Notes: generated by a model not told the origin, from the letters alone. A DNA stretch of 63,779 nt, filler included, from Phoronis australis (GCA_002633005.1; 7 parts of 7 records of this genome joined end to end with filler, not necessarily neighbours in it); one strand, 5' to 3'; shown: positions 35,705-48,425, counted from the whole stretch's first letter. Numbers and translations: made by a program.

Positions 35705-37773
35705 GTGGGTGGTGCTTGTTTATCGGCAAATCAATAAAAATGATTGTTAGCTGCATTGTGCTTCAACAGTATGTTACACAACTATTGATAGCAAATGTTA
35801 CTTTATAGGTAGTACCTAAGTTACCATCTTTTGTAAATTTATTCTGGCAATTGGATTATTATGAAATGAACTTAGTTTTATAGTATATCAGGTCATGTGT
35901 TCAACGAAATGTAAGAATAGTACCATGTTTCTGAACTTGTTTGTACTACCATTCAGTTTGCTTGATTTATACAGAAGCACGCATAGTAAGCAGTTCGAAA
36001 TAATCTATAATCACGTGACCTAAGCAGGTTTTTTGTCATGATGTCACTCACNNNNNNNNNNNNNNNNNNNNNNNNNNNNNNNNNNNNNNNNNNNNTTAAT
36101 TAATTAANNNNNNNNNNNNNNNNNNNNNNNNNNNNNNNNNNNNNNNNNNNNCTAATCAACTGACGATTCAAAGTATGATAGCGTTCTTTCCAGAATTGAT
36201 TTAAGTTGGGATATACCTTTACCACTTCTGTTGGCATTTGTAAACTCTCTTTCCACTTGATTCCAAACTGAAAGAAAAAATAAAACTGTTCACCAACGTC
36301 GTTAAAAATACAACTTACAAAGTAAAATAACATGTTTAACAAATTTACCAACTTATTGAGCTCTTGTGAAAGATAAGCTCTGATTTCACCTGAGGCAAGT
36401 TACACTTACACACTCTACTTAAGGCAAATATACAAGTATGTTGTTGAGAGTATCCATGTAGGTATACTATCCAGTGGCATAGCTGGAATTATTGCGGTCC
36501 AAGGTGAAGACCACAGTGTAGCCTCTCGTTGTGGTCACCACCTATTTCGCACGGGCCCCCACCTCCCCCCCAGTTATCACTGCTTTTGTACCACCCCCTC
36601 CCCAGTTGAGACCCGATGTTGCAGGCACTCTGAAGTTGATGCCACATCCTTATTGAGAGGACTGACTACTGTGAACATAACTAAAGGGACTTGGAGGTAA
36701 TTTTGACAAGTGACAACCTGCAACAGAAGGGGTGAAACTGGTGGCAAAACTTAAATGAGGAAGAGGTGACACTGGCGGATTAAGGATGTTGTGAAGGGGG
36801 GGGGCAACCACAAATTCCAAACGGTAATCTTCAAGATTACCCTAAAAACAGCATTCCGATGTCTATTTGGTCATACTCCGAGAGAAGCTTCCTCACTGAC
36901 CCCTGTGATTCTGACTATGAACACCATGGTTGCATGAGGTGGATAATTATAAATAATTTGCGGTGTTGGGCATGCAAAATTAATACAAATCATGAAACTG
37001 AAACTATGAAATTCGTAATGACTGGGTGGGGGTCGAAATTGGAGTCGACTGGCAGGCAAAAGAGGTAGTGATCTGATAGTTCAATTGGTAGTGACAGGAG
37101 GTCAGTTGACAATTTGAACATAATCTGTCCCCTTTAACCCATAACTTCTCATGGACCTAGACACTGTTACTTTCCATACAGACTGACAAGCATTCAATGT
37201 ACTCCACTGCCTCAGTTGACCATAGGTGATTTATGGGGGTGCCAGTAAGCGGATTTATGAGAGACTTCCCTCAGGACAAGGTCAAGAAAAAAATCTTGTC
37301 GCCGGCATGCAGTGTTTGGGATTATGCGAATATTTTAATTTGAAAATGGTTGTTGTCCCCCTGAGCAAAATCCTAACTCTGCTTGTCTAACCCCTGGGTA
37401 TTGCAACAGTTTACTATGGTTAGCGTGTCTCATGACAGAATCTTTTTTAAGGATGCCAGAGCCTTGTGTAGTTTTTGGGTACTACTTCATCATTTTAGTT
37501 TGTAAATGAATTGCGTACATTTCAATCCATTACAAACCTTACTTATCAGATTTTTTAAAAATTCAGTATTTTTCAGTAAGAACCCAAAAGATGATTCTGA
37601 GACAGCACGATGACTTGTCAATAAAATTAAAAAATAATCAAAATAACATCTAAATTAGGAATTTAAAAAATTAACTTTAAAGTAAAAATGTATAGATTCG
37701 TTCCTGATAATGATAAGGACGTTTGAGTGCCATGAAATCCGTGAGATAATGTGTAATCTGCAAAAGTTGGCAG

Positions 37774-37998
37774 CACAGGCTGGACAGAAAGGTTATTGAT
37801 CCACACTTGAGAATACAGCGCTGCAAATACTTTCACAGGCTGGACAGAAAGGTTATTGATCCACACTTGAGAATACAGCACTACAAATACTTTCACAGGC
37901 TGGACAGAAAAGTTATTGATCCACACTTGAGAATACAGCACTGCAAGTACTTTCACAGGCTGGACAGAAAGGTTATTGATCCACACTTGAGAATACAG
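37774..37998. repeat. 60-bp minisatellite, at least 3.7 copies, running into a gap
   Basis: Unit CACAGGCTGGACAGAAAGGTTATTGATCCACACTTGAGAATACAGCACTGCAAATACTTT. Confidence 0.95.
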
Positions 37999-38260
37999 NN
38001 NNNNNNNNNNNNNNNNNNNNNNNNNNNNNNNNNNNNNNNNNNNNNNNNNNNNNNNNNNNNNNNNNGCAGTAAACTGCAAGGCATGACATGACCCATGTTT
38101 GGATTGCTGCCCAACAAGACCCTGAGACCTATAAATGATAGCAAACCTCTTATTGACATCCAGACACAGTCAAAACAACTGTAAAGTTTCCACACTTGAA
38201 AATCCCATGACCTATCCAGTATTTACAACAGAAAAAATATGTTCATTCTTAAAAGAGCAG

Positions 38261-38499
38261 GAGCCCGTTCCGACAAAACTGACTAAGCTAAGACATATCT
38301 TAAATTTAATTTCAGTAAATTTTAAAATAAAAGTATTATTGTCTCAAAACCAATTCCAGAAAGAGATCTTAAGTTTGACGTGAATTTTGTCATAATTTTG
38401 ACTCGATTACCAAAAGTGGAAGTTTCAAAGTTTGGAACTTAAAACAAATCTTAAACTTAAGTCAGAAATGAACTTAAGTCAGTTTCCTGGAACAGGCCC
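38261..38499. mobile_element. Harbinger-like MITE
   Basis: TIRs GAGCCCGTTCC and GGAACAGGCCC, with CAG on both flanks (3-bp TSD) and CTTAAG-rich arms. Confidence 0.6.
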
Positions 38500-38667
38500 C
38501 AGAACAGTAACGCGTAGGCTGCAGAAACAATTCAGCACCTGTACTGAAAAACTCAGGTCAGACCTAAAAATCCTATGACCAGACTCGATCTTTGACCGCT
38601 CTAGCCAGAGGTCACATGACAGGGTAAAAATACCAAGGACCATACTTTGTAAAGTCAATCACAGACT

Positions 38668-39022
38668 CGACAATTGCCACAGCCAGAATGCACAGTGACA
38701 CCTAGTGACATTGCTGTAAACTAAAATTGAAATTATAGATCTAGTCCAGATAGTAATTTTTACTTAGAACAATTTCTCTATGGGAACGCAAAAATACCAT
38801 GAGAATACTCAGTACCACCCAACCCACGATTTTGCTCATACCTCGACAATTGCCACAGCCAGAATGCACAGTGACACCTAGTGATGTTCAGCTGTAAACT
38901 AAAATTGAAATTATAGATCTAGTCCAGATAGTACTTTTTACTTAGAACAATTTCTCTATGGGAACGCAAAAATACCATGAGAATACTCAGCACCACCCAA
39001 CTCACGATTTTGCTTATACCTC
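38668..39022. repeat. ~178-bp tandem duplication
   Basis: TCGACAATTGCCACAGCCAGAATGC...CACGATTTTGCT(C/T)ATACCTC occurs twice in tandem. Confidence 0.9.
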
Positions 39023-39191
39023 CCTTAAATACAGGTGTATCGCATAGAACACTTCTTGTCCCGGAGGTAGGAAACACATTGCACCATAGGTGTCATGGCG
39101 GAAAACATCAAGCCTCCACGGATACTCGTCAATTTTTGAAAAACCAGAGTTACAGTCCAAAGGACAGCAATAGTTCGCTGGCATTGGAAGG
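39020..39191 (-). CDS. Candidate internal exon of an unidentified gene
   Basis: Minus strand: pyrimidine-rich ...taatcag|C, then 57 open codons LPMPANYCCPLDCNSGFSKIDEYPWRLDVFRHDTYGAMCFLPPGQEVFYAIHLYLRE, then |gtataa. Confidence 0.5.
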
Positions 39192-39580
39192 CTGATTACA
39201 TTAATGAGAGAAACAAAATATTCTGGTAATTTTCATAATGATCCCTTGAGTCGTTTGGGTAATAGAGAGATAGATGCTGAAATACGATGGCAGTGTGTGG
39301 CTTGTATACATAATCTTTATTCGGAGATGAACAGAGACGGCACGACACACATCTGATAGCATTACATATGCCATAAAAACAAACTCGTAAATAATAAAAA
39401 TGAAAACTACTTGGAAAAAAATTATCAACTTATCCCAAAATCAGAAAGTGATGTTGTCTCTTTTTTCAAACCTATTGCCAAATTTCATGAAAATTTGTCA
39501 AGAAACTAGTATGAAGATGAGGCAAATCTGAATTAAATTTTCCACTAGGGGGAATGACAGCAGACGAATGCATCCAAAAC

Positions 39581-39664
39581 CTGCTATCATCTTTCATCGT
39601 CTCATGAGACACACCTTCCTGAAGATATCTTCGTGAAGAGTCTCCAAGAGATACAACAGCAGAT
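39581..39664 (-). CDS. Candidate exon in phase with 39020-39191
   Basis: ttccacag|A...AG|gttttg, 84 nt, phase 2 to phase 2, encoding SAVVSLGDSSRRYLQEGVSHETMKDDS. The donor is weak and another frame/donor is possible. Confidence 0.3.
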
Positions 39665-41552
39665 CTGTGGAAACAATTCTTGTAAAATAATTTCCACCAA
39701 ATTACATGTACTAATATTTTGAAATGTTGTTCTAAGACACAACTATGACTGACAGCTGGCTGGTTTGAGTATTAGCTGGTCTATACACTAGTGGATCGTT
39801 TCTCCTCCCTGTGTATGCCAACTACTGAACCAATTTCAGATATTTGAGTAATGTTCCTACGATTCTGACACAAGTAGGCTCAAAAATGGGTACACCAAAC
39901 AAGCAACAGGCATGCACACAGACTATCTGGCACATTTCTCCTCTCTGAGTCCACACAAATGTTTCCTATATTATGATTCAGACACATTTCAGTCATGCTT
40001 TGAAATGTTACTAAGTCCAAATACATCCAGAGTACTGGAGTAGTCACAAAAACGACTTTTACTAGCAACCTGGAATCAGGTTAAAGTTTCAAGCCATGCA
40101 CCCCATGAGTCATTTACATCGGATACTACAAGTATATAGGCACTGAAGAAAGGTGTAACAACAAAATCCTCCGTTCTACACAAGCCCAATGAGTGCTCAA
40201 AACTGCCGTGAGTCAAGAGGAAGAGGTATCCGAGAAAATATGTTAATGACTTAGAGAAACATAGAGCACAAGTATAAATCAATGGATGTATGTTTGGAGG
40301 ATAATTTATTTCATATCTGCCCAAAGTTTCATCATCCGTGACTGAAAAATCCAGATATTTTTCTTACATGGTGTTGGCAGAGCATATCAATGCCATAGCT
40401 ATACTAGTGAGGCTAGGTTTACAAGGGAATGCTACATTAGGACAAGGTCAGCCATACAAAATTAATGCACAATTAGGTAGGCTGGTGGTGAAAGTGGCCA
40501 ATTAGACATACCTAACAGATGTGTAAAAGGTTACTATAGTATACTGCCTTGCCTGAACTTCAAGATAGACAAACAAAATAACACACACGCATTTATACAC
40601 AGTCACCCATACCTACACAGTAAACTATTTTGAAGATCAAGGAACTTATACACAATTAAGTGACTTGGGACAGAAACTTGATTTCACGATCCTACTTCAC
40701 AATTGATGAAAAAAGTTTAGCCGAGCAATTATGTGCACATCACAGTCCCAAATCATTTGCAGTATCCAACAGTTGTGTGGATGTTCTCAAGAGACCGCGT
40801 TTTTCCTGAAGAAAATTTAAATGTTTTTTAAAAACGTGTTGAGCGTAAGACCAAACTTCTGTCACTTTTGGTGCATTTCTCAGTGTTGGTTTGGTAACGG
40901 ACGTGAATTTCGACTTATATTTTATATTTATAGGCATAAGGAAAATGAGTTTAACATCAATATGTAGCTCCATGCAAGTGCTTTTGGAAAACATATTAAG
41001 TGAAAGTAAGAATTATCAATCGAATTAGGAAAAGGAAAATCTTAATTGTGGTAACGAATGTGATCAGAGTAGTTTTCAAAATTAGACATTATCAATTACT
41101 CAAAAGTCTGCTCTCCCTTATGTTTGGATTAGAAAGCACATTTTTGAAAACTTCCATTCATATTTTCATGAAGTTTTGGTGAGCAGATTTCATAGAAAGA
41201 TCAAATTGATAAAATATGGCTTTTAAAAAAATCAGCATCTTAACCGGTTGTGAAGGTAACAATGAGACACTTTGTCCCATGTCACATGAGCAATTATGTA
41301 TAGAACATACAAGTGTCCACAAAGCATATACTATTATAAATCGCATTGTGCATAAAATGTTGAAATTATATCATTCTGAACAAACTACTTCATCTAAAAC
41401 TGTATTTAGCATGTGGTTTACCAACAAAAACAGCATTATCACAATTGACAAAAATATGACAAAATAAAAGATATCCATCTACATCACTTGTTTGGAAAAA
41501 GCCTGCACCACTTCAGGTGTTAATAGAAAAGTACAAAATGCAAAAATGAACA

Positions 41553-42398
41553 AACAAGAGCGAGCTGCAGCATGCGCCCACGAATGTACAGCAAATGGTG
41601 TGCTTCTAGGGGCGTTTATTCGGAACATAAAAATGGCCACAAGGTGGCGCAAAATGCCTCGAATTTAACCGAAAACTAGATGAAAGTATCACCTCACTAA
41701 CAGATGTCTATCTGCCAAATTTTATGAATATTCATTGATGACCTTTCAAGATACAGAGGTAAACATAAAAAATTAAAATTGCCACTAGGGGCCACATCAG
41801 TAGCCCCATCCATCCACAAGTTGCTGGCCTCTGTTGTCAACTTCATTAAACACACTAGCAAAATTCAATAAAGATCCTAAAGAGCATTTAGGAGATCATA
41901 CAGCTATGGGAACAAAAACAAACAAAACTACCACTATGAGGCACCACAGCAGTTGAAGTCATCGGAAAATCATTGTCTGCTACCCTCTTCACAGTAAAAA
42001 CATAAATGCCAGTTTTCAAAGTCATCCCTAGAGCGGTTTGGTTGATAGAACGGCGGACGCCAAAAAACAGGAAAAACGGCCACTGGGTGGTGCAAAATAC
42101 TGCGTCCGAAAATGAGAGGATGACATCATCTCACTAATAGATGCCTAACTGCCAAATTTTATGAAATTCTGTTGAGGACCTCCGAACACGCAGAGGTAAG
42201 CGTAAAAACTAAAACTGCCACTAGGGAGCACACGTCTGGTAGTCTTCGTCGAGTGGCCTGGAATTCGCCAATATCCGTCGCCATCTCCATAGGAACACGT
42301 CTGCTAAATCTCATCAAGGGCTTTAGGAGATATGGCTGCTGATGCCGGACAGCCAGACAAAGACTACGGCATTATGCGACCAGTAGTGGGCACATAAA
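41553..42398. mobile_element. Helentron/HINE (DINE-1-like) non-autonomous element
   Basis: AACAAGAG start, subterminal inverted pair TGCGCCCAC / GTGGGCACA, internal tandem units containing GCCAAATTTTATGAA and GCCACTAGG, a GACA-like tract and an A-rich end. Confidence 0.6.
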
Positions 42399-43902
42399 CA
42401 ACAAGTTGGTTGTACAGCAGTTATGGGTAGCTTCTACGTGCCCTCCCATGTATGTGCACATTTAGGCTGATATGCCTTTATTCTAAACAATGCTTCTATT
42501 AATTTTGTTTTTTCCAGTGTGCAATAATAATAAAATATATTTGAAGTGCAATTCCATTTGAGAGGAAGGTACAATCTGCGAACATTTTGATCAATTGTGA
42601 AACAAATATTCATCCTAGCGAAATGATTGATAGTACATAAATGGTAGCTTCCAATGCTTGTATTAACTTTTGTTTTACCTCACCTGAAAAATACTTGACC
42701 TCAATTAAAAAACACTTTATACCATGAACCTTGTGATATGAAGGTGTATCGGATTCTAAACAAGAATTACACAATTGAATGCGACACAGTGCAATTACCT
42801 GTTTGAATTTCAGCTCCATGGAAAAAATTAGAAAGTTCATCTGAGATTTGAATGAGTAACTAGCCCGCATGGAGGCTTACAATATTGCAAACAGAAGAGA
42901 ATCATGGTTATGATTCACACTCAATAGGCCTTTTGAAAGTGAAATGAAGGTGAGTGAAAGTAGTTCTTTGAGAACCCTGTTCTTAATTGTGCAAGTCCCA
43001 GCAAACACAGCTTAAATAAGGCTTAATGGTCCTGGATGAGAAAATAGTTTTATCACCCCCTATGGTTTTTGAATAGCCAGGCCTGGAATGTTACAACAAT
43101 AGCACCCCGACCAGCAACTATAACTCATTCAAGGTAATATGTGTGTATGCTATGCCACAACTAAATTGATTGTGTGATTTTCTTTCTGGAAAATTTATGT
43201 ATATCAGCAAAGTGACAAGTCTTGCTTTGTTTGGATTTCAGAAAAAATTCATCTTCACGAAAGGTTTGGTTTATCAGTTGTCATGCCTTATGAAGGTAAA
43301 CATAGGGGTTTGTGGAAAAGTGCTATAATACCCTAGGCCCAGTGTTTTGGCATATTAGGCAACATTGAGGATGCAGGTACTCACCTCAGCCTCAGCAGGA
43401 TTGAGTCTCTTCATGCTGAATACTACTTCTACTAGTAGTACCAGCATTAGTACACCCATTGGATATAGAGTGCTCTGATTTAGTGAACCAGATTCACCTA
43501 ACAGCCTTGTGTGTTACTTCATAATTTACAATTTCTTAATTATTGCAGATATAGAGTATCTTGGCCAGGAAGAGAGGATATTAACTTGACAAAGAGCTCC
43601 AGGAAAGTTTCCTTTACTTTACTATTAGAAGTAGTAACACCAGCAGGGGAGTTTTAATACAGGAAGACGCACCCCATGAACATTAATAGTGCATAACAGA
43701 CGTCCCCACCTCGGGTGACTTAAGGCCAGGGGCTAGACAGTGCAGACTGGTTTTGACATTCCCTGAATGGCCTGATGCCAGACCGACTTGTTTTAGNAAA
43801 CCAAACAAGAGGAAAATACCAAGCCCTGTAAACTATCTAAGTTACACTTTCAGTAACCCCTGAGCATATAGACACAACACTAAAAGTGGCAAATGTCTTT
43901 AA

Positions 43903-45274
43903 GGTTATCTCAAACCTTATTTAATGGCCTCCACTGTAACTCCTATATCAAAAAACTAAGCTTTGTCAACTAGTAATAGTATATATTTTCTGAAAGACAA
44001 AAGATCAAGAAATATAAAAATATGTTTTGTATTTATGAACCATTATTATTATTGCATTAACACCTTTTTAAGTCAAAATTTCATTTTTAAGAAAGGTACA
44101 TAAAAAAATAATCCCTCGGTCAATTTTAATGAATTCAAACCTTTTTTAAATGAAAACTTCACCAGATACCTCAAAAACACCATTAGGAATTTTCGATTAA
44201 TCTTTTCGTTTGGTTTCAAAGACGTATCAAATAGCAAAACGTAAGGTATTTTGGTGAAAAAATAGAAGTCGTATTTGTCGTATTATGCAAAAACTAGGCC
44301 TTTATAATGAAAACCAAACTTAATATTTATTCATCAATCTCAAAAAGTTCCACCACGAAAACTCGTGGTCCTAAGTTCAAATTAAGTCGATTTGCCCAAG
44401 CCAAGAAAAAGCCGATTAAACTGGGACGAGATAAAATCCCAGAGTCGGTGATAACTTGTTTTTCAGTCAACATAACCCATACATGTCATAACCATGTTAG
44501 CTATTTCAACATTCACTCACAATGTCAACTGAATTTGCAGTGCGTAATTAACTTAATTATTGTTAAAACACACCATCCCCAGCCAAGAGGTGGGATCAAC
44601 TGTTACTGCTGTTTGACCTACTTAAAAGAAGGTCACAGTTCATTGTTATACACATACTCTGTACGCATAACGTGCCGGGAGAATGATATGAAACCAAGTG
44701 AGAAATGGATAACAGAAATCAAGTCGGTGGTTAACACATGTCATTAGCATGAGATCGAAACAGCGAAATGTCAAATTACTTGTTGAATTAAGGAATTTGG
44801 GTGAGGATTTATCTCTTTTCACAACTTGCTGTGTTTGTGACCACAGAGACATGAGATAACTCGTAGCATTAGTACTTAACAGTTGTACGCAAGTAGACAC
44901 ACAACTCCCTCAGGATAAAACTACGTTTTGTCTTTGTTTTCCCCAGCACCGTTCTATCATATGTACACCTCGCTAACTCAATATTATGGCGACTCAGTGA
45001 ACGAAAGGATGGAGGGTACATACAAAGCTGCTCTGTACCTGGCGGGAGATTCAATTTGAGTGACAGCCCTGTAATCTTTGACCTCGGATAAGCAGTTAAC
45101 ATACATCCACCTGTTGTGCGGTTCCAACGTGGTTCTGCTAAATCTTATTTTTCTCGCTACACAGCATATATTTTGTACTTGAAGTTCTCCGAGAATGAAG
45201 ATAAGGTATTTTGCTAGACACATGTGAAATATTGTAAAAATGGACAATTTTTGTGAATAAGGTTTGAGATAACC
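43903..45274. mobile_element. Non-autonomous TTAA-specific element (Kolobok-type GG...CC ends)
   Basis: Perfect 19-bp TIR GGTTATCTCAAACCTTATT, with TTAA TSD at 43899-43902 and 45275-45278. Confidence 0.85.
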
Positions 45275-45957
45275 TTAAATCCTTTGAACTACTTGGACAA
45301 AAAACACACTAGTGATGAGGGCTTCCAAATTCACAAGTCCTATTTGAGAAGGTAGAAAAAGGTATATCAATACTAAAAGTGACCTAGTTTCCCTAAGGTG
45401 CCCATGACATCTCACTGTTTAAAATTACAACATTTAGTAACAGAACAACAAATTTCAAATAATTTTTACCAAAAAGTGATTAGCAACAGTGTGGAACAGA
45501 GCCCCCCCTCCCCCCAACTGAATTTGGTGCTAAGGGTTGCGGATTCAATCCCTACATAGAAAAATGAACTTTTTTCAACAATTGCATCAAACGAAGGTAC
45601 GACTCACAACTAGTGGAGGTGGCCATGTCTTAAAGAAGCAGCTGATTTGAGATTTTCTAGTTACAGCCCCTTACCCACAAAGCCTTTGAAAATCCAGCCA
45701 CGTTTGCACTGCCTATTGAGCCTGTCTATTGAGCCTGTCTACTGAATGACAAGATCCCTAAACTAATGAAGTGGAAACGTAATCAGCAGTCGGCAAGTTT
45801 TTGGGATGCTATTAAGGTCCAAGTTGTTTACCATTGTTTATGACCAGAACACACCTAATCAAGCCTAGCAAACTCTAACATATGAGGGGTTGGAACCATG
45901 GGAGCTTATTTCAATCTGTTAGATTATACCTCTACTATACACCAAACAGGTAAAGAA

Positions 45958-46220
45958 GGGAGCAGTGCGTACACTATCACACAGTACTTATCAGAGCACT
46001 GGAAGTCAAATATAGATGTGCTGATAGTCTGGCCAGTTTCGGAATCTTTCCACTATGTGAGGTGCGCATAAATCGCTGCGACTTGCTGATCCCAATCTAA
46101 GGTCAAGCAGCAGGTAAACGTGAAGTGGCAAGTTATCCAGCACATCACATAGTGGCAAGATTGCAAACCTCGTTAGACTTCCATCGCATCTGTGTTGCTA
46201 ATGTCGCACGCGCTACTCCC
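45958..46220. mobile_element. Foldback MITE
   Basis: Ends GGGAGCAGTGCG and CGCGCTACTCCC, with internal arms AATCTTTCCACTATGTGA and TCACATAGTGGCAAGATT. Confidence 0.6.
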
Positions 46221-46644
46221 TTAGAACATATTAAAGGTATGTTCTAACCGATCACAATAGCTCCTTAGTTGGATCCTACAGCTTTTAATGTTAAGAATTG
46301 TGATACACAGCTTTCCTGGGGCTCTGGGCAAAAATGCTCCCTCTACTTAAGAAATGTGTGCAAAACGTGTAACTGATGGTGAAGAGCCCGGTGTAGGAGA
46401 ACATTCCAAACAAGCCTCTAGCAGTTCTGTGAAAAAGAGAATCTGGAAATATGCAAAACTTCCAACAGAGAAGCGTAGAGGTTCTCTGTTCAATCACCTG
46501 CCTATGGGCATTAATTGCTCATTAGCCTGACTTTGAATATGTCCAGTGGTGTTGGAGGGCGGAGGGGGAGGTGAGAACAGAACCTTTCACAAGAAATGGC
46601 ACTGTTGCTTAAAGCGGTCCCAGAGGTAGACAACAAGTTCCATC

Positions 46645-46980
46645 CAGAAACCAAATTATAGGACCAGTGTTTATAAACTTCATCTTTACAACACTTCACC
46701 TTTATTCTAAAAGCATCATCAGATAATACAAGAAACATTTTTAACAGAAAAACAAAATTCAAAAATACTACAACAATAAGTAAAGAACAAAAGTGCGATG
46801 TTAAAAATCACATGCAAGACAATGCACCTATATTAACCTATTGGTGTAGTATTTTTGAAATTTGTATTTTCTGTTAAAACTGTTCTGTCACTTGTATTAC
46901 CTGATGATGACTTTAGAATAAAGGTTAAAACTTTGTAAAGATGAAGTTTCTAAAAACCACCCTTAAAATTCTGTTTCTGA
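46645..46980. repeat. AT-rich foldback element
   Basis: AAACTTCATCTTTACAA...TTCAAAAATACTACA (46676-46772) is mirrored by TGTAGTATTTTTGAA...TTGTAAAGATGAAGTTT (46845-46949). Confidence 0.75.
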
Positions 46981-47249
46981 TACTTATGTGTCCAGAGAAA
47001 AACGTCATACGGTTCTATCCATTGAATGACAGGCCAGTTATTCAGCGCTATATCCGACCAGTACATGAGTCAAACTGATTCCTATCTTATTCTTACTCTT
47101 AGGCCAAGGACCATCAACTGCCAATCGCCGACGAGACTGTGCCGTCGGCTGATGCAATCACCAATCCAACGTGAGCCTAAATTTTAGTTTTCTCATGAAT
47201 TCATTACCCAGCAATACATGATAACTTTAAATTAATCAACAAATCTTAC

Positions 47250-47358
47250 ATTAAAGGCGACGGCCCATCACTGGATGTTGAATCGTCCGAGCTGGATTCT
47301 CGTTTTTGAACTTTCACTGGATCACGTTTTTCCAGATCAATCGTAGACTGGAAAGCGT
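47250..47358 (-). CDS. MCRIP: MCRIP/FAM195 family protein, coding exon 2
   Basis: ttgtgttttag|AC...TTAAT|gtaaga, 109 nt, phase 1 to phase 2. Only the frame continuing exon 1 is open: (D)AFQSTIDLEKRDPVKVQKRESSSDDSTSSDGPSPL(M/I). Confidence 0.65.
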
Positions 47359-47462
47359 CTAAAACACAAAATCAAGTAACATTACGGCGAAAAAAATAAT
47401 TCATTTCATCTAACATTGAATGCAAATTGAATAGTTAGAAATAATGCGTAAATTTTGAGCAC

Positions 47463-47511
47463 CTCTTCGTGTTTGAGTGATAACTTTAGTGCGTCCTTTT
47501 AGTGTGTACAT
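47463..47511 (-). CDS. MCRIP: MCRIP/FAM195 family protein (MAPK-regulated corepressor-interacting protein), coding exon 1
   Basis: ATG at 47511 gives MYTLKGRTKVITQTRR+G|gtgctc, resembling the MCRIP2 N-terminus MYTITKGPSKLVAQRRTG. A 104-nt GT-AG intron leads to exon 2. Confidence 0.7.
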
Positions 47512-47773
47512 TCCAAAGCATAATGCAGACTTCTTTTGCGCATGACCGATTGCGCAGTATCCGGCCAAAAGTCACTGTCAAGTTCGTTCAGCTAAAGGGG
47601 TTTCTCAGGTGCGAGTGTAGCGGATTCTGTAAAACGTACTTGCCGATGATTATTTAAGAATGTGTAATTACATAACCTATTTCCAATACAGTTATATAAA
47701 TGCGTTTGTTATGTAAGGGTAGTAGTAGCATATACTTTAAATATACTAAAAATTGACAGCGGAGTGTGCCTAT
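47512..47773. promoter_or_regulatory. Short divergent region between the MCRIP ATG and the tRNA-Gly
   Basis: 262 bp, containing TGCGCATG (47537-47544) and TGCGCA (47551-47556), NRF1-like elements of housekeeping promoters. Confidence 0.4.
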
Positions 47774-47844
47774 GCACTGCTGGTGTAGTGGTATCATGCA
47801 AGATTCCCATTCTTGCGACCCGGGTTCGATTCCCGGGCAGTGCA
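47774..47844 (+). tRNA. tRNA-Gly-CCC: tRNA-Gly (anticodon CCC)
   Basis: 71-nt cloverleaf: acceptor stem GCACTGC/GCAGTGC+A, anticodon arm CAAGA-TTCCCAT-TCTTG (CCC at 47806-47808), T-arm CCGGG-TTCGATT-CCCGG. A and B boxes are intact and T-runs follow. Confidence 0.97.
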
Positions 47845-47994
47845 CTGCAATTTTGCTTCGTTTTTTACGGCAATTGACATGGTGCGTGCAGTATTAAAAC
47901 GAATAATCATAGTCAAAGACACCGCACACGATGAGGCACAGTGCATATGAAAACCAGTGAGCTCATGTGAACTCCACTATTATAAAGTGTATGT

Positions 47995-48425
47995 GTACCA
48001 AGGTACATAAACCAAAGATTTTATAATTACATGCCTAAACTGCACTCCGAAACACGGTTACGGACGCAAAAACATGACACGTACATGCTAACACGGTTCA
48101 CTGACTCATGTACAAGGGATCTCACTTTCAAAACACGACCCACTCACCCAAAATACCAGTCATGACTCACATTAACGAAGAAACACGCTTAACGGACCGC
48201 TAGTACCGATCAACGCCAGCTTGAGGCTTGGGGACGAGGCTGACAAGAGAAGCCGATGAGTCGTTGACTTTGGGATGCATTATTGGAGTGAACCGTGTTT
48301 TGTGAGTCCGATCTCGTGTATGTGGGTCAGTGAAAGGTGATTGCACGTACGTGAGTCGTGTTTTTTGCGTCTGTGACCGCGTTTAGGAGTCCGTTAACCG
48401 CGTGTAGTTTAGGTACCTTGTAGAC
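47995..48425. mobile_element. Foldback MITE
   Basis: Left arm CCTAAACTGCAC..ACGGACGCAAAAACATGACACGTAC..TTCACTGAC is mirrored by GTCAGTGAA..GTACGTGAGTCGTGTTTTTTGCGTCTGT..GTGTAGTTTAGG. Confidence 0.65.

Noticed and set aside
37774-37998. CRISPR-like or coding tandem array (repeating ORFs on both strands)
   Set aside because: The 60-bp units are contiguous with no unique spacers and no cas genes. Open frames follow from a unit length divisible by 3, and I saw no convincing splice signals.
47103-47170. Plus-strand exon-like segment (cttag|GCC...AAC|gtgagc) antisense to MCRIP intron 2
   Set aside because: Isolated and short, with no partner exon or homology. Could be chance.
47654-47845. 63-aa minus-strand ORF
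   Set aside because: It is the antisense translation of the tRNA-Gly gene.
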